A DNA stretch of 64,000 nucleotides. Origin: Chlamydiota bacterium (GTDB lineage: Bacteria; Chlamydiota; Chlamydiia; Chlamydiales; Rhabdochlamydiaceae). The notes below the pieces were generated by a model, which ran no database searches, had not been told where the DNA came from, and saw nothing but the letters and a program-made list of their open reading frames with translations. Position numbers and translations under genes: made by a program. The stretch is taken from contig JABDDH010000001.1 of NCBI GenBank assembly GCA_013287705.1, forward strand, positions 359 through 64,358, in the 5' to 3' direction. Positions 9,557 through 18,559 of the stretch are shown one piece after another. The first letter of the stretch is position 1; each line of letters begins with the position of its first letter.

Positions 9557-10300
9557 ATGTCTAAACTTGATTATTTGAAACATTCTCTTCTCGGGATGCC
9601 GCCACAAATCGAGCTTTTTGTGCGCCATTGTCACTATTCAGCGATTAGTCAGCATAAAAATCGCTTGCCCGGTTTTGATCGTAAAAAATGTTATGAGAAT
9701 CTTCTTAAGACAGTGGATCTGAAACGTGTCCGCATCACATTTTTGCTCGACACCTTTCATCCTCTGGATCATGAGCACTTCATTATGCAGCAAAAGAAGT
9801 TTCCAGTTATTCAGACAAGACAGGGGAGCGAAACAGGATCTTTTCTTTTTTTACTCGACCACGTTATAGCCCAAAAATTTTACCCCGACACAATTATTTA
9901 CTTGCTTGAAGATGATTATCTGCATCGAGAAGGGTGGGTGGATGTTCTCTTAGAAGCGTTTGAGCTTCCAGTTGACTACGTGACGCTCTTTGATCATCGC
10001 GACAAGTACACAGCATCTAGCTATAAGGATTTACAAGCCCGGTTGTATCAGACACATTCTTGTCACTTTCGCACAACGCCATCGACAACAAACACATTTG
10101 CTGCGCGCTATAAGACATTGCAAAAAGATGCGCCGATTCATCGCGCCTATTCTGAAAATCGGACAATCACAGCCGATCATGAAAAATTTTGCCATTTACA
10201 ACGGGAGGGGGCGACTCTAATCTCCTCTATTCCAGGCTGGTCTACCCATGTAGAGCAGGAATTTACATCCCCCTGTTTTAGCTGGGAATCTCTTCTTTAA
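9557..10300 (+). CDS. Hypothetical protein, possibly a GT-A-fold nucleotide-sugar transferase-like enzyme
   Basis: 247-aa ORF. The EDDY (DxD-like) motif and the LFDHRDKY segment recall uncharacterised glycosyltransferase-like proteins. This assignment is from memory only. The gene is flanked by family A repeats. Confidence 0.35.
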   Translation: MSKLDYLKHSLLGMPPQIELFVRHCHYSAISQHKNRLPGFDRKKCYENLLKTVDLKRVRITFLLDTFHPLDHEHFIMQQKKFPVIQTRQGSETGSFLFLLDHVIAQKFYPDTIIYLLEDDYLHREGWVDVLLEAFELPVDYVTLFDHRDKYTASSYKDLQARLYQTHSCHFRTTPSTTNTFAARYKTLQKDAPIHRAYSENRTITADHEKFCHLQREGATLISSIPGWSTHVEQEFTSPCFSWESLL

Positions 10301-10608
10301 ACAATGCCTTTTCGCGCAGATTCAACGTCTTTTGCTTCTTTTGGCGCCTTTGTGGAAAACTGATGGTCGCCAGGTCTTGTCGTGTCAGTCTTGTTAAAGA
10401 CTGTTTCTGCGCGGTTGGTAAGAGAGTGGTTTGGGGCAGCTTTTGAAAATGTCGGGAGACCATTCACCCCATGAACGCTGGCATCTCTGATTAAAGGGAG
10501 TACTTTTTGAGTTAGTTTTTGGGCTTTAGCTTTAAGTTCAGCTTCGCTTGGGGTTTGTGTCTGTTGTGGGGCGTGAGTGTGCGTCTGTTGGGAAACTTTT
10601 TCTACCAT
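10297..10608 (-). CDS. Hypothetical low-complexity (Q/T/K-rich) protein, 103 aa
   Basis: A strong SD (aggagg) lies 5 nt upstream of the ATG (10614-10619 on the minus strand). No recognisable domain. Its stop overlaps the stop of the convergent 9557..10300 ORF in a TTAA. Confidence 0.45.
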   Translation of the reverse strand: MVEKVSQQTHTHAPQQTQTPSEAELKAKAQKLTQKVLPLIRDASVHGVNGLPTFSKAAPNHSLTNRAETVFNKTDTTRPGDHQFSTKAPKEAKDVESARKGIV

Positions 10609-10667
10609 AAGGACCTCCTAAAGTTAAGTTCATTATAAAGAGTCGCCAATTTTAGCAAATCTTTTAT

Positions 10668-10835
10668 TTACGGCTTGTCTAGATCGATTCTTGAAGCTTT
10701 TAATAGAGAGGGATTCGTTTCTGATTCCCTGTGAATTGTTTTACGAAAAATTTGAGCAAGGGAAGAGACCTCGTTTGAAAAGCTGACTCTTTTGACTCTC
10801 TCCTCTGATTCTCTTTTTTCTTTTTTCTTTTTCAT
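10668..10835 (-). CDS. Possible small ORF (55 aa, very basic N-terminus MKKKKEKRESEE...)
   Basis: I read it by eye because it is below the track cutoff. No convincing SD, so it may not be coding. Confidence 0.15.
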   Translation of the reverse strand: MKKKKEKRESEERVKRVSFSNEVSSLAQIFRKTIHRESETNPSLLKASRIDLDKP

Positions 10836-10899
10836 AGATACTATACGTATTCTATTTTGGGTATAATTGTCAATTGCGGTATAGTTGATTTTTTTACAA

Positions 10900-11018
10900 T
10901 AGACGTCTTGCGGAACCTGCTTTGTTTGAAAAATTCGAAGATTTTCTTAGCTGTTTTTAGAAACCGCTGACAGTTTCGTATTGCGCGAGGGCAAGTGAGC
11001 AAGATAAAAAGCTGCGAG
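10900..11018. repeat. Family A palindromic element, copy A3 (right end truncated, central sub-hairpin deleted)
   Basis: tagacgtcttgcggaacctgctttgtttgaaaaattcgaag... is colinear with A1/A2 as far as ...gataaaaagctgcgag. It ends 8 nt before the aas ATG. Confidence 0.8.
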
Positions 11019-11026
11019 TCGGAGTT

Positions 11027-13684
11027 ATGCTAAAGCAAAGGGTGCGCAAGGCGCTAGAGAGCCCCATTTTTTGGATTGCCAGGGCCGTCGCCTCTTTGCG
11101 CTATCGTCTTCACGTTACAGGGCTAGAGCATCTGACGCCGGAAACTTTAGCGCGTGGAGGGGGAACTCTTTTTTTGCCAAACCATCCAGCAGAGCTCGAT
11201 CCATGTCTTTTGCTGCTGGTTCTTTTCCCCCAATTTCGCCCAAGACCTTTAGTTGTCTCCCACTTTTTTTATCTCAAGGGAGTACGCTTTTTTATGGATC
11301 TGGTCCATGCGCTTCCTCTGCCCAATATGGATACATTTGCAAGTAGATGGAAGATCAAGCAGATGGATCTTCTTTTTACCACCGTCTCTTCCGCGTTAAA
11401 GAGAGGAGAAAATTTTTTGATTTATCCAGCCGGGAAGTTGAAGATGGGCGAAGCAGAGCGGGTGGGTGGATCCTCTTTTGTCCATAGTCTGCTCAAAGAG
11501 TGTCCCTCTGCAAATGTTGTTGTGGTGCGCACGACAGGTCTTTGGGGTAGCAGGTTTTCACGCGCGCTAACAGGAGAGGTCCCCAATTTTGGCAAGACAT
11601 TATGGGAAGGATTTAAAATTATTTGTAAAAATGGCTTTTTTTTTACTCCGCGCCGCCATGTTTATATCGATCTTTCTCCAGCGCCGAGCGATTTCCCTTT
11701 TTCTGGAACACGCCTAGAGTGCAATCAGTATTTAGAAAACTTTTATAACCGTTATCCGGATCGATTAAAACTTGTCTCATTCTATTTTTGGAAAGAGAAG
11801 TTCCCGTCTGTTGCGACAGAGGGAGAGGTGCATAAGTTTTTTGGAGAAGGTAAGGTGCCACAGAGCGTTGAAAAAGAGGTCTTTGCAAAACTCTCGGCAC
11901 TCTCGGGGCGTCCCGCGCCCCTAATTAATGCGCGCATGGAGCTCGCTTCAGACTTAGGTCTTGATTCTCTTGATCTCTCTGGGCTCTATATTTTTTTAGA
12001 GGAGAAGTATCATGTTGGGCAGCTGCAGCTGGGACAGCTCCGTTTTGTAGATGATCTATTGCAGATCGCGTCCGGCTACAAAAAGGGGATTGTTGTCTCA
12101 AATCAGCGAGAAAAGAGCTTTTCGTGGAAAGAAGAAAAAAACAGACCCTCTCCTCATATTGCAGATAGCCGAACATTACAAGAGGCTTTTTTACTCTCTT
12201 GCGAGCGGATGGGTTCTTTTACCGCGTGTGCCGATAGTAGTTCGGGGACCTTTTCGTATCGCACATTTAAAATGGCAGCGATCACTTTATCGCTCTATTT
12301 AAAAAAAGAGAAGAGCCCCTATATTGGCATTCTTCTCCCTGCATCTTGTGGCGCTTATCTCACAATTTTTGCCACTCTTCTTGCGCGCAAAACTCCTGTG
12401 ATGCTCAACTGGACAACGGGGGTGCGCTCTCTTGAGCATGCCCAATCTATCGCTCAATTTTCCTCTGTTATTACCTCTTGCCGTTTTTTAGAGCGCGTTG
12501 AAACAGCAGATTTTGGTGCTATAGAAAATTCGTTTCAATTTTTAGAAGAGATTAGCAGGAGTCTCTCTGTTTTTGAAAAAATCAAAGGTTTTTTCCTCTC
12601 TTTTTATTCGACAAAACAGCTGATGCGACGCTTGAGAGTAGAAGATCTACAAGCAGATGATCCGACCCTTATCCTTTTTACAAGCGGAACAGAATCGCTA
12701 CCAAAAGCTGTTCCTCTAACCCATCAGAACCTCTTGTCGAATTTGCGCTCAGCGCTTTCTTGTATTCCGCTCAGAGCGGATGATGTGTTGTATGGCGTTT
12801 TGCCTCCGTTTCACTCATTTGGTTTTTCTGTAACGGGAATTTTCCCTATACTCGCAGGTCTGAAAGTCTACTATGCCCCGGATCCAACAGATGCGTATCA
12901 AATGTCGCATGATATTCGCGAAGCTCACGTTACTTTGTTATGTCTGGCACCGAGTTTCATGCGCAGTCTGTTGCGCGTTGCAGATAAACGAGACTTATAT
13001 TCAGTTGCCTATTTTGTTGCAGGCGCTGAGAAAGCAGGCGTTGAGCTATACGATGCGATCAGACAACTTGGCAGTGGCAAGCGATTATTAGAAGGGTATG
13101 GAATTACAGAATGTTCACCCATTGTCACCTGGTCGCGGCTACATCTACCGGCAAAAGGTGTGGGGCAGCCCTTGCCTAACGTCGAACTTGCAATTCTTGA
13201 TACGGAATCTGGACAATTTTTACCAGTAGGCTCTGAGGGAGAAGTGTTGATTTGTGGGCCAAATGTCTTTAATGGCTATCTTGGCAAGACCCAAGACTCT
13301 TTCTTTGAGCATGAAGGCAAGAGATGGTACCGTTCTGGAGATCGAGGGCGTCTGGATCTCGACGGAAGTCTTATCCTTACAGGGAGGCTCAAGCGCTTTG
13401 TAAAAATTGGGGGAGAGATGATCTCTTTGTCCGGAATCGAAGAAGATCTGACACTTGGAATGGGTCAAGAGAAAACTTTTGCCCTCATCGCAAAAGAAGA
13501 TCTTGAAAAACCGCTTCTGATTCTTTTTTCTGAAATCCCCTTAAACAGAGAAGAGCTGAATCTCTTGTTAAGAGAGCGCGGCTATGGACAGATTATAAAA
13601 ATTTCTGAAGTGCGTACGTTGAGTGAGATCCCGCGCATGGCAACAGGAAAGATCAATTATCGACAACTGGAAGAACTATGCTAA
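11027..13684 (+). CDS. aas: Aas-type fusion: lysophospholipid acyltransferase, carrier-like segment and acyl-ACP/AMP-forming synthetase
   Basis: PlsC-type HX4D motif (NHPAELD) at the N-terminus, LGLDSLDL (phosphopantetheine-site-like) near aa 310, an AMP-binding motif LILFTSGTESLPKAV and a C-terminal GEMISL/ATGKI. Confidence 0.85.
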   Translation: MLKQRVRKALESPIFWIARAVASLRYRLHVTGLEHLTPETLARGGGTLFLPNHPAELDPCLLLLVLFPQFRPRPLVVSHFFYLKGVRFFMDLVHALPLPNMDTFASRWKIKQMDLLFTTVSSALKRGENFLIYPAGKLKMGEAERVGGSSFVHSLLKECPSANVVVVRTTGLWGSRFSRALTGEVPNFGKTLWEGFKIICKNGFFFTPRRHVYIDLSPAPSDFPFSGTRLECNQYLENFYNRYPDRLKLVSFYFWKEKFPSVATEGEVHKFFGEGKVPQSVEKEVFAKLSALSGRPAPLINARMELASDLGLDSLDLSGLYIFLEEKYHVGQLQLGQLRFVDDLLQIASGYKKGIVVSNQREKSFSWKEEKNRPSPHIADSRTLQEAFLLSCERMGSFTACADSSSGTFSYRTFKMAAITLSLYLKKEKSPYIGILLPASCGAYLTIFATLLARKTPVMLNWTTGVRSLEHAQSIAQFSSVITSCRFLERVETADFGAIENSFQFLEEISRSLSVFEKIKGFFLSFYSTKQLMRRLRVEDLQADDPTLILFTSGTESLPKAVPLTHQNLLSNLRSALSCIPLRADDVLYGVLPPFHSFGFSVTGIFPILAGLKVYYAPDPTDAYQMSHDIREAHVTLLCLAPSFMRSLLRVADKRDLYSVAYFVAGAEKAGVELYDAIRQLGSGKRLLEGYGITECSPIVTWSRLHLPAKGVGQPLPNVELAILDTESGQFLPVGSEGEVLICGPNVFNGYLGKTQDSFFEHEGKRWYRSGDRGRLDLDGSLILTGRLKRFVKIGGEMISLSGIEEDLTLGMGQEKTFALIAKEDLEKPLLILFSEIPLNREELNLLLRERGYGQIIKISEVRTLSEIPRMATGKINYRQLEELC

Positions 13685-15087
13685 AACTATATAATACAGA
13701 GTCAAGAGAAAAAGAAGATGTGCGTCCCTTGGATGGGAAGGCCGTGCGTATCTATACATGTGGTCCCACCGTCTACAACTTTGCCCATATTGGTAATTTC
13801 CGCACCTACGTCTTTGAAGATCTGCTCCGCCGCACAGTGCGCTATTTTGGGATGAAGGTGGAACAAGCGATGAATTTGACCGATGTGGACGACAAGACGA
13901 TTCGAGGCGCCTTGCAGCAGGGAGTAACTTTAAAAGCCTTTACTGAGCCGTATATTGACGCCTTTTTTGCCGATCTTAAAGCCCTTAATATTGAACCTGT
14001 CGAGCATTATCCACGAGCAACGGACTATATTGGAGAGATGATTGAGATTATTCAGGGGCTTTTAGATAAATCCATTGCCTACAAAAGTGAAGATGGGAGT
14101 GTCTATTATGCGATTTCTAAATTTCCTTCTTATGGGAGACTCTCTCACCTACAATGTCAGTCCTTAAAAATCGGCACAGCTGTCTGTAACGATGAGTACG
14201 ACAAGGATAACCTCTCGGATTTTGTGCTCTGGAAGAGTTATGATAAAGAGCGCGATGGAGAGATTTTTTGGGAGAGCCCTTTTGGGCCTGGACGCCCTGG
14301 CTGGCATATCGAATGTTCTGCCATGGCAATGGGCCTTCTTGGTGAGAGTTTTGATCTGCATGTCGGTGGTGTCGATAATATGTTCCCGCACCATGAGAAT
14401 GAGATTGCGCAGTCCGAAGGGTATAGCGGCAAGCGTTTTGCGGCTCACTGGCTCCATGCAGAACATCTTCTGGTTGATCATAAAAAGATGTCGAAAAGCT
14501 TGGGCAATTTCTACACGCTGCGTGACCTTCTCGACAAGGGATACACGGGCCAGGAGGTTCGTTATTTGTTGCTTTCTGTTCACTATAGAACACAGCTCAA
14601 TTTTACCTTTGAGGGACTTGATGCGGCGCGCCATAGCTTAGAGAGGCTGGCTGGTTTTGTTGAGAGGATCCGCGTTCTAGCAGAGGGCCATGTGGAAGCT
14701 TCGGGTCACTTAAAGGCGATTTTAGATAAGCGTTCTGTGGAGTTTCGTTTGGCGCTTAGCGATGACTTGAATATCTCCGTTGCCCTTGCAGCTCTTTTTG
14801 AGCTTGTACGCGAGGTGAATGGATTATGTGATAAGGAAGAACTGGGTAGTAGTGAGGCGGTTGAGTTACTCGAGGCTCTCCGTCTATGGGATCAGGTGCT
14901 CGGGTTAATTCCGTTTGAGAAAAAAGCGCTTGAGATTCCCCCTGAGTTACAGGAGGCGTTGCTTGTCAGAGATAGAGCACGTAAAGAAAAAAATTGGAAG
15001 CTTGCAGATGCTTGCCGTGATCAGATTGACGCGGCCGGATTTTTTATTGAAGACACCCTAAATGGAGCGAGGTTAAAGAAAAAATGA
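13678..15087 (+). CDS. cysS: Cysteine--tRNA ligase
   Basis: HIGN (HIGH) and KMSKS motifs, plus PGWHIECS. Confidence 0.95.
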   Translation: MLKLYNTESREKEDVRPLDGKAVRIYTCGPTVYNFAHIGNFRTYVFEDLLRRTVRYFGMKVEQAMNLTDVDDKTIRGALQQGVTLKAFTEPYIDAFFADLKALNIEPVEHYPRATDYIGEMIEIIQGLLDKSIAYKSEDGSVYYAISKFPSYGRLSHLQCQSLKIGTAVCNDEYDKDNLSDFVLWKSYDKERDGEIFWESPFGPGRPGWHIECSAMAMGLLGESFDLHVGGVDNMFPHHENEIAQSEGYSGKRFAAHWLHAEHLLVDHKKMSKSLGNFYTLRDLLDKGYTGQEVRYLLLSVHYRTQLNFTFEGLDAARHSLERLAGFVERIRVLAEGHVEASGHLKAILDKRSVEFRLALSDDLNISVALAALFELVREVNGLCDKEELGSSEAVELLEALRLWDQVLGLIPFEKKALEIPPELQEALLVRDRARKEKNWKLADACRDQIDAAGFFIEDTLNGARLKKK

Positions 15088-15335
15088 AGCCCGGATACAC
15101 GATCGATGAAAAATTTTTACTGAAAATATTTGAACTTGCTGAGAAGAGGGGAGACCCAAAAACCCCAATTGAGGTGCATCAGGTGGGGCGCCTTCTGGGC
15201 CTGAATGATCGCTCGATGGCCACGATTGTGAGGACGCTTGCTCAAACAAATTTTATTAAAAAACAGGGTGAGGAGCGGGTCAGCCTGACTGAAAACGGCC
15301 TGAGTTTGATTGAGTCATTACAAGAGTCTTTTTAA
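15084..15335 (+). CDS. Small winged-helix-like DNA-binding protein (83 aa)
   Basis: ATGA overlap with the cysS stop (translational coupling). An HTH-like segment RLLGLNDRSMATIVRTLAQTNFIKK is present. The family is not identified. Confidence 0.5.
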   Translation: MKPGYTIDEKFLLKIFELAEKRGDPKTPIEVHQVGRLLGLNDRSMATIVRTLAQTNFIKKQGEERVSLTENGLSLIESLQESF

Positions 15336-15427
15336 AAACAATTTTGTTGTTAGCGTTCAATAGAAATGTCCGGTTTTATTGTTAAAAAAATGTAACAGTT
15401 CAGATACCCCATACAAACACTCCGTTT

Positions 15428-15512
15428 CCGCGTTCTCGGTATTTTTCTTGGTCGATCCTCGTCGCTCGCGCTCCAAGGATCCACACAGAAAAACACCTCA
15501 TCCGCGGTTTTT
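15428..15512 (+). terminator. Long imperfect hairpin followed by TTTTT, a candidate intrinsic terminator of the aas-cysS operon
   Basis: ccgcg..ggtatttttcttgg..gatcct pairs with aggatc..ccacacagaaaaacacc..cgcgg, about 24 of 32 positions. It is followed by ttttt at 15508-15512 and lies in a convergent spacer. Confidence 0.4.
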
Positions 15513-15545
15513 AAAAGAGGGTCTTCAGTTAATTTTTCATAACCC

Positions 15546-17117
15546 TCACTCCTCTTGTCGCATCAGCGGGAAGTAGAGCACATCGCGGATCGACGCAGCT
15601 TTTGTGAAGAGCATCACCAGGCGGTCCATCCCGAAGCCGATGCCGGCTGCTGGCGACATTCCCTGACAGATCGATTCGATAAACTCTTCATCCAGAGGAC
15701 TTGCCTCTTCGTCGCCGCTCATGTTTTTTTCTGCTTGCGCAACAAGAAGTTCGCGCTGTAACTCCGGGTCATTTAGCTCCGTATACGAGTTGCAAAACTC
15801 ACCACCTACAATAAAACTTTCAAATCGCTCGACAAGTCCTATCTCCCGTAGTTTTTTGTCTCGATGAGGCTTACACAAAGGTGTTGTCTCAATCGGGTGG
15901 TCGATGATGTGGTGTGGCTGAATCAGATGCTTTTCTACAAGTTCTTCGAAGAGGTTCGCCGTTAATGTTCCAATCGTTGCTTGATTGATTGTTGCCGGAT
16001 CAACTCCTGTTTTTTCTTTTACAATCTGGCGCAATTCTTCACAAGACTTGCCCTCTACTGTAATCCCTGCATAGACCTGAATACTTTCGCGCATAGAAAG
16101 GCGTTTCCACGGAGCCTTTACATCGACCAGATGTTCTACTCCATCGCGCGCAATCAGAAGTTCTGTTGTTCCAAAAAGTTTCAGTGCAATGGACTCGAAA
16201 AGTGTTTCAGCAAGAACCATCATGTCGTTGTAGTCCCAATGTGCCGCATATGCTTCAAGTAATGTAAATTCTGGGTTGTGTGTCTTGTCAATTCCCTCAT
16301 TGCGAAAGACTTTTCCAATTTCAAAGACTTTATCCATTCCGCCGACAATGAGTTTTTTTAGCGGAATCTCAAGTGAGATGCGCAAAAACATTTTCTGATC
16401 GAGGGCGTTAAGGTGGGTTGTAAAGGGTTTTGCAGCAGCGCCTCCATACACATTCTGTAAGATTGGCGTCTCTACTTCGAGAAAGCCGTACTGTTCAAAA
16501 AATTCTCTTGTTTGTTGAAAGATCGAGGAGCGGATACGGAACGTTGTCGCAACATCGAGATTGCACATCAGATCAAGCCAGCGCTTGCGGTAACGTACTC
16601 CTTTGTCGACAAGGCCACTATGTTTGTCTGGCATGGGTAGAAGCGTTTTGCACAGCAGGGTCAACTTTTTAACAAAGATGGTCAGCTCCCCTTTTTGTGT
16701 GCGAAAGAGGTTTCCTTCGATGGAGATAATGTCTCCCAAGTCGATCTTTTTTTCGATAAATTTAAGGGGAGGGACTCCCTCTTGCGGCACAAACCCTGCG
16801 AGCTGTGTGGCGTCGCGATTGAGCATGAACTGGATTCTGCCCGACTCATCTTGAATGTGACCAAATGCGTTTTTTCCCATAGAGCGAAATAAGACAAGGC
16901 GCCCGGCACACGTGACAGATTCTGTTGTTCCCTTTTCGGCATCTTCGCTGTGGCCGACCGGATTCTCTGAATATTTAGAGGTCAGAAGAATGATTGGTGT
17001 ACGCTCAAGACGCGGAGCTGGGTACGGTTCAATGCCGGCTTCGCGAATGTCACGCAGCTTTGCAGAGCGGAGCACAAATTCTTCGATAGTATGGTATTCA
17101 GGTGTCAGAATGGGCAT
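15546..17117 (-). CDS. lysS: Lysine--tRNA ligase (class II)
   Basis: Class II motifs (FRNEGID.THNPEFT, GFGMDRLVM) and an N-terminal OB anticodon-binding region. Confidence 0.95.
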   Translation of the reverse strand: MPILTPEYHTIEEFVLRSAKLRDIREAGIEPYPAPRLERTPIILLTSKYSENPVGHSEDAEKGTTESVTCAGRLVLFRSMGKNAFGHIQDESGRIQFMLNRDATQLAGFVPQEGVPPLKFIEKKIDLGDIISIEGNLFRTQKGELTIFVKKLTLLCKTLLPMPDKHSGLVDKGVRYRKRWLDLMCNLDVATTFRIRSSIFQQTREFFEQYGFLEVETPILQNVYGGAAAKPFTTHLNALDQKMFLRISLEIPLKKLIVGGMDKVFEIGKVFRNEGIDKTHNPEFTLLEAYAAHWDYNDMMVLAETLFESIALKLFGTTELLIARDGVEHLVDVKAPWKRLSMRESIQVYAGITVEGKSCEELRQIVKEKTGVDPATINQATIGTLTANLFEELVEKHLIQPHHIIDHPIETTPLCKPHRDKKLREIGLVERFESFIVGGEFCNSYTELNDPELQRELLVAQAEKNMSGDEEASPLDEEFIESICQGMSPAAGIGFGMDRLVMLFTKAASIRDVLYFPLMRQEE

Positions 17118-17144
17118 AAGATAAAACTCGTTGCGATTTTTCGA

Positions 17145-17762
17145 CTATTTTTGCATGTATTGGGATACTTGGCAAGAGACGGATTGTTTTGTGACGGGAT
17201 GAATGAAGCTGACATGCACATGCGTGAGTGCAATTGTTTCTAGATTCTTGTGTGCGCCATACTTTTTGTCGCCGATAATGGGGTGGCCAATTGCTGCTAG
17301 CTGTGCGCGGATCTGATGGTAGCGTCCGGTGTGAAGCTGAATTTCTAGAAGAGCACTTTTTTCGTCACAAGAGACAACAATGTAGTCTAGTAGCGCCTCT
17401 TTTGCTTTTGGGTCTTTTTTTGTCGTAACGTTTGCGCGATACTCATCGTGAGTTAAATAGTGGCGCAAGGAGGCGCTTGTCTGCTTGGGAACCCCTTCAA
17501 CACGGGCGTAGTAAGTTTTCTTGATTTTTTTTTCGCGCATCTGCTGCTGCAACCGCGAAAGGGCTTTGCTTGTCTTTGCAAAGATCACAATTCCAGAGGC
17601 TGGTTTGTCGAGGCGATGGATCGGCTCGAGGAATTTGGTGTGCAGATAATCTAGTGCCACACACTCTAACCCTTTTTCTTCCCCATGTTTTTGTGTGGCA
17701 AGACCGCCCGGTTTGTTGACAACAAGCAGGTGGTTGTCTTCGTAAATTACTTCAAGCTGCAT
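17145..17762 (-). CDS. RluA-family pseudouridine synthase
   Basis: Catalytic motif HRLDKPASG, with LLVVNKPGG upstream of it. Confidence 0.85.
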   Translation of the reverse strand: MQLEVIYEDNHLLVVNKPGGLATQKHGEEKGLECVALDYLHTKFLEPIHRLDKPASGIVIFAKTSKALSRLQQQMREKKIKKTYYARVEGVPKQTSASLRHYLTHDEYRANVTTKKDPKAKEALLDYIVVSCDEKSALLEIQLHTGRYHQIRAQLAAIGHPIIGDKKYGAHKNLETIALTHVHVSFIHPVTKQSVSCQVSQYMQK

Positions 17763-18559
17763 AGAGAACTTCTTTGACGCACAGCTTCATACAACAAAAG
17801 AGTTGTCGCGGACGCAACGTTCAGTGAGTCTGCAACGCCGAGCATCGGAATTTTGACCTGGAGGTCTGCTCGATCAAGCCACTCTTGGCTCAATCCCAGC
17901 TGTTCTGTCCCAACAACAATCGCAATACTACCTTTCAGGTCGGCATCTGTAAAAAATTGGTCAGCCGCGGGTGTTGTTGCAACGATCTGGATCCCATGTT
18001 TTTGTAAAAACAAAAGTGTCTCTTCTGTTGAGGCTTCAACAACAGGGAGGGTAAAGAGCGTTCCGACACTTGCGCGTACAACATTTGGATTATACATGTC
18101 TGTGCAGCGATCACAGATAATAACGCCGTCGGCACCTGCTGCATCAGCAGAGCGCAGGATGGTTCCTAGATTGCCTGGCTTTTCAATGGCCTCCGCAATA
18201 ATGAATAGAGAGTTTGGAGAGACTTCTAGATCGTGTATGGTTCGTGTCGATTTTTTAGCAATAGCGATTAACCCGTCGGATCTGTCTCGGTAGGAGAGTT
18301 TTTCTAGGAGGTGGGGAGCACACGAGTAGATTGTTGCCTCAGCACGCGCGCACTCTTCAATTAAAAATCCCTCATTCTCACCTAAAAAGAGTTTAGGGCA
18401 GATCAAAAGAGCTGTAATTTTCACATCATGGTCGACAGCGCGTCTTAACTCTCGGTAGCCTTCGATCAAAAAAAGCCCCTCTTGATCGCGCTCTTTGCGC
18501 TCTTTTAGAGCAACAGCTGCTTTAAATTTGGGATTTTGAAGACTTGTAATTTCAAACAT
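17747..18559 (-). CDS. SpoU/TrmH-family RNA 2'-O-methyltransferase
   Basis: SPOUT motifs (EKPGNLGTILRSADAAG, VVGTEQLGLS, IPMLGVADSLNVASA). ATG 18559 (MFEITS) is preferred over the track start 18625. Confidence 0.8.
   Translation of the reverse strand: MFEITSLQNPKFKAAVALKERKERDQEGLFLIEGYRELRRAVDHDVKITALLICPKLFLGENEGFLIEECARAEATIYSCAPHLLEKLSYRDRSDGLIAIAKKSTRTIHDLEVSPNSLFIIAEAIEKPGNLGTILRSADAAGADGVIICDRCTDMYNPNVVRASVGTLFTLPVVEASTEETLLFLQKHGIQIVATTPAADQFFTDADLKGSIAIVVGTEQLGLSQEWLDRADLQVKIPMLGVADSLNVASATTLLLYEAVRQRSSLCSLK

Noticed and set aside
8664-11018. Possible CRISPR array, given three similar repeats in 2.4 kb
   Set aside because: The repeats are about 120-184 nt, internally palindromic and irregularly spaced. 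The intervening sequences are ordinary genes, and no cas genes are present.
15428-15507. Relationship of the 15428-15507 hairpin to family B, through the shared gctcgcgc in its loop
   Set aside because: Only about 8-9 nt are shared, which is too short to claim homology. I treated it as a stand-alone terminator-like hairpin.
15379-15576. 65-aa ORF in the cysS-operon/lysS convergent spacer
   Set aside because: It has no SD, overlaps the lysS 3' end and spans the terminator-like hairpins. Its composition is arbitrary, so it is likely spurious.
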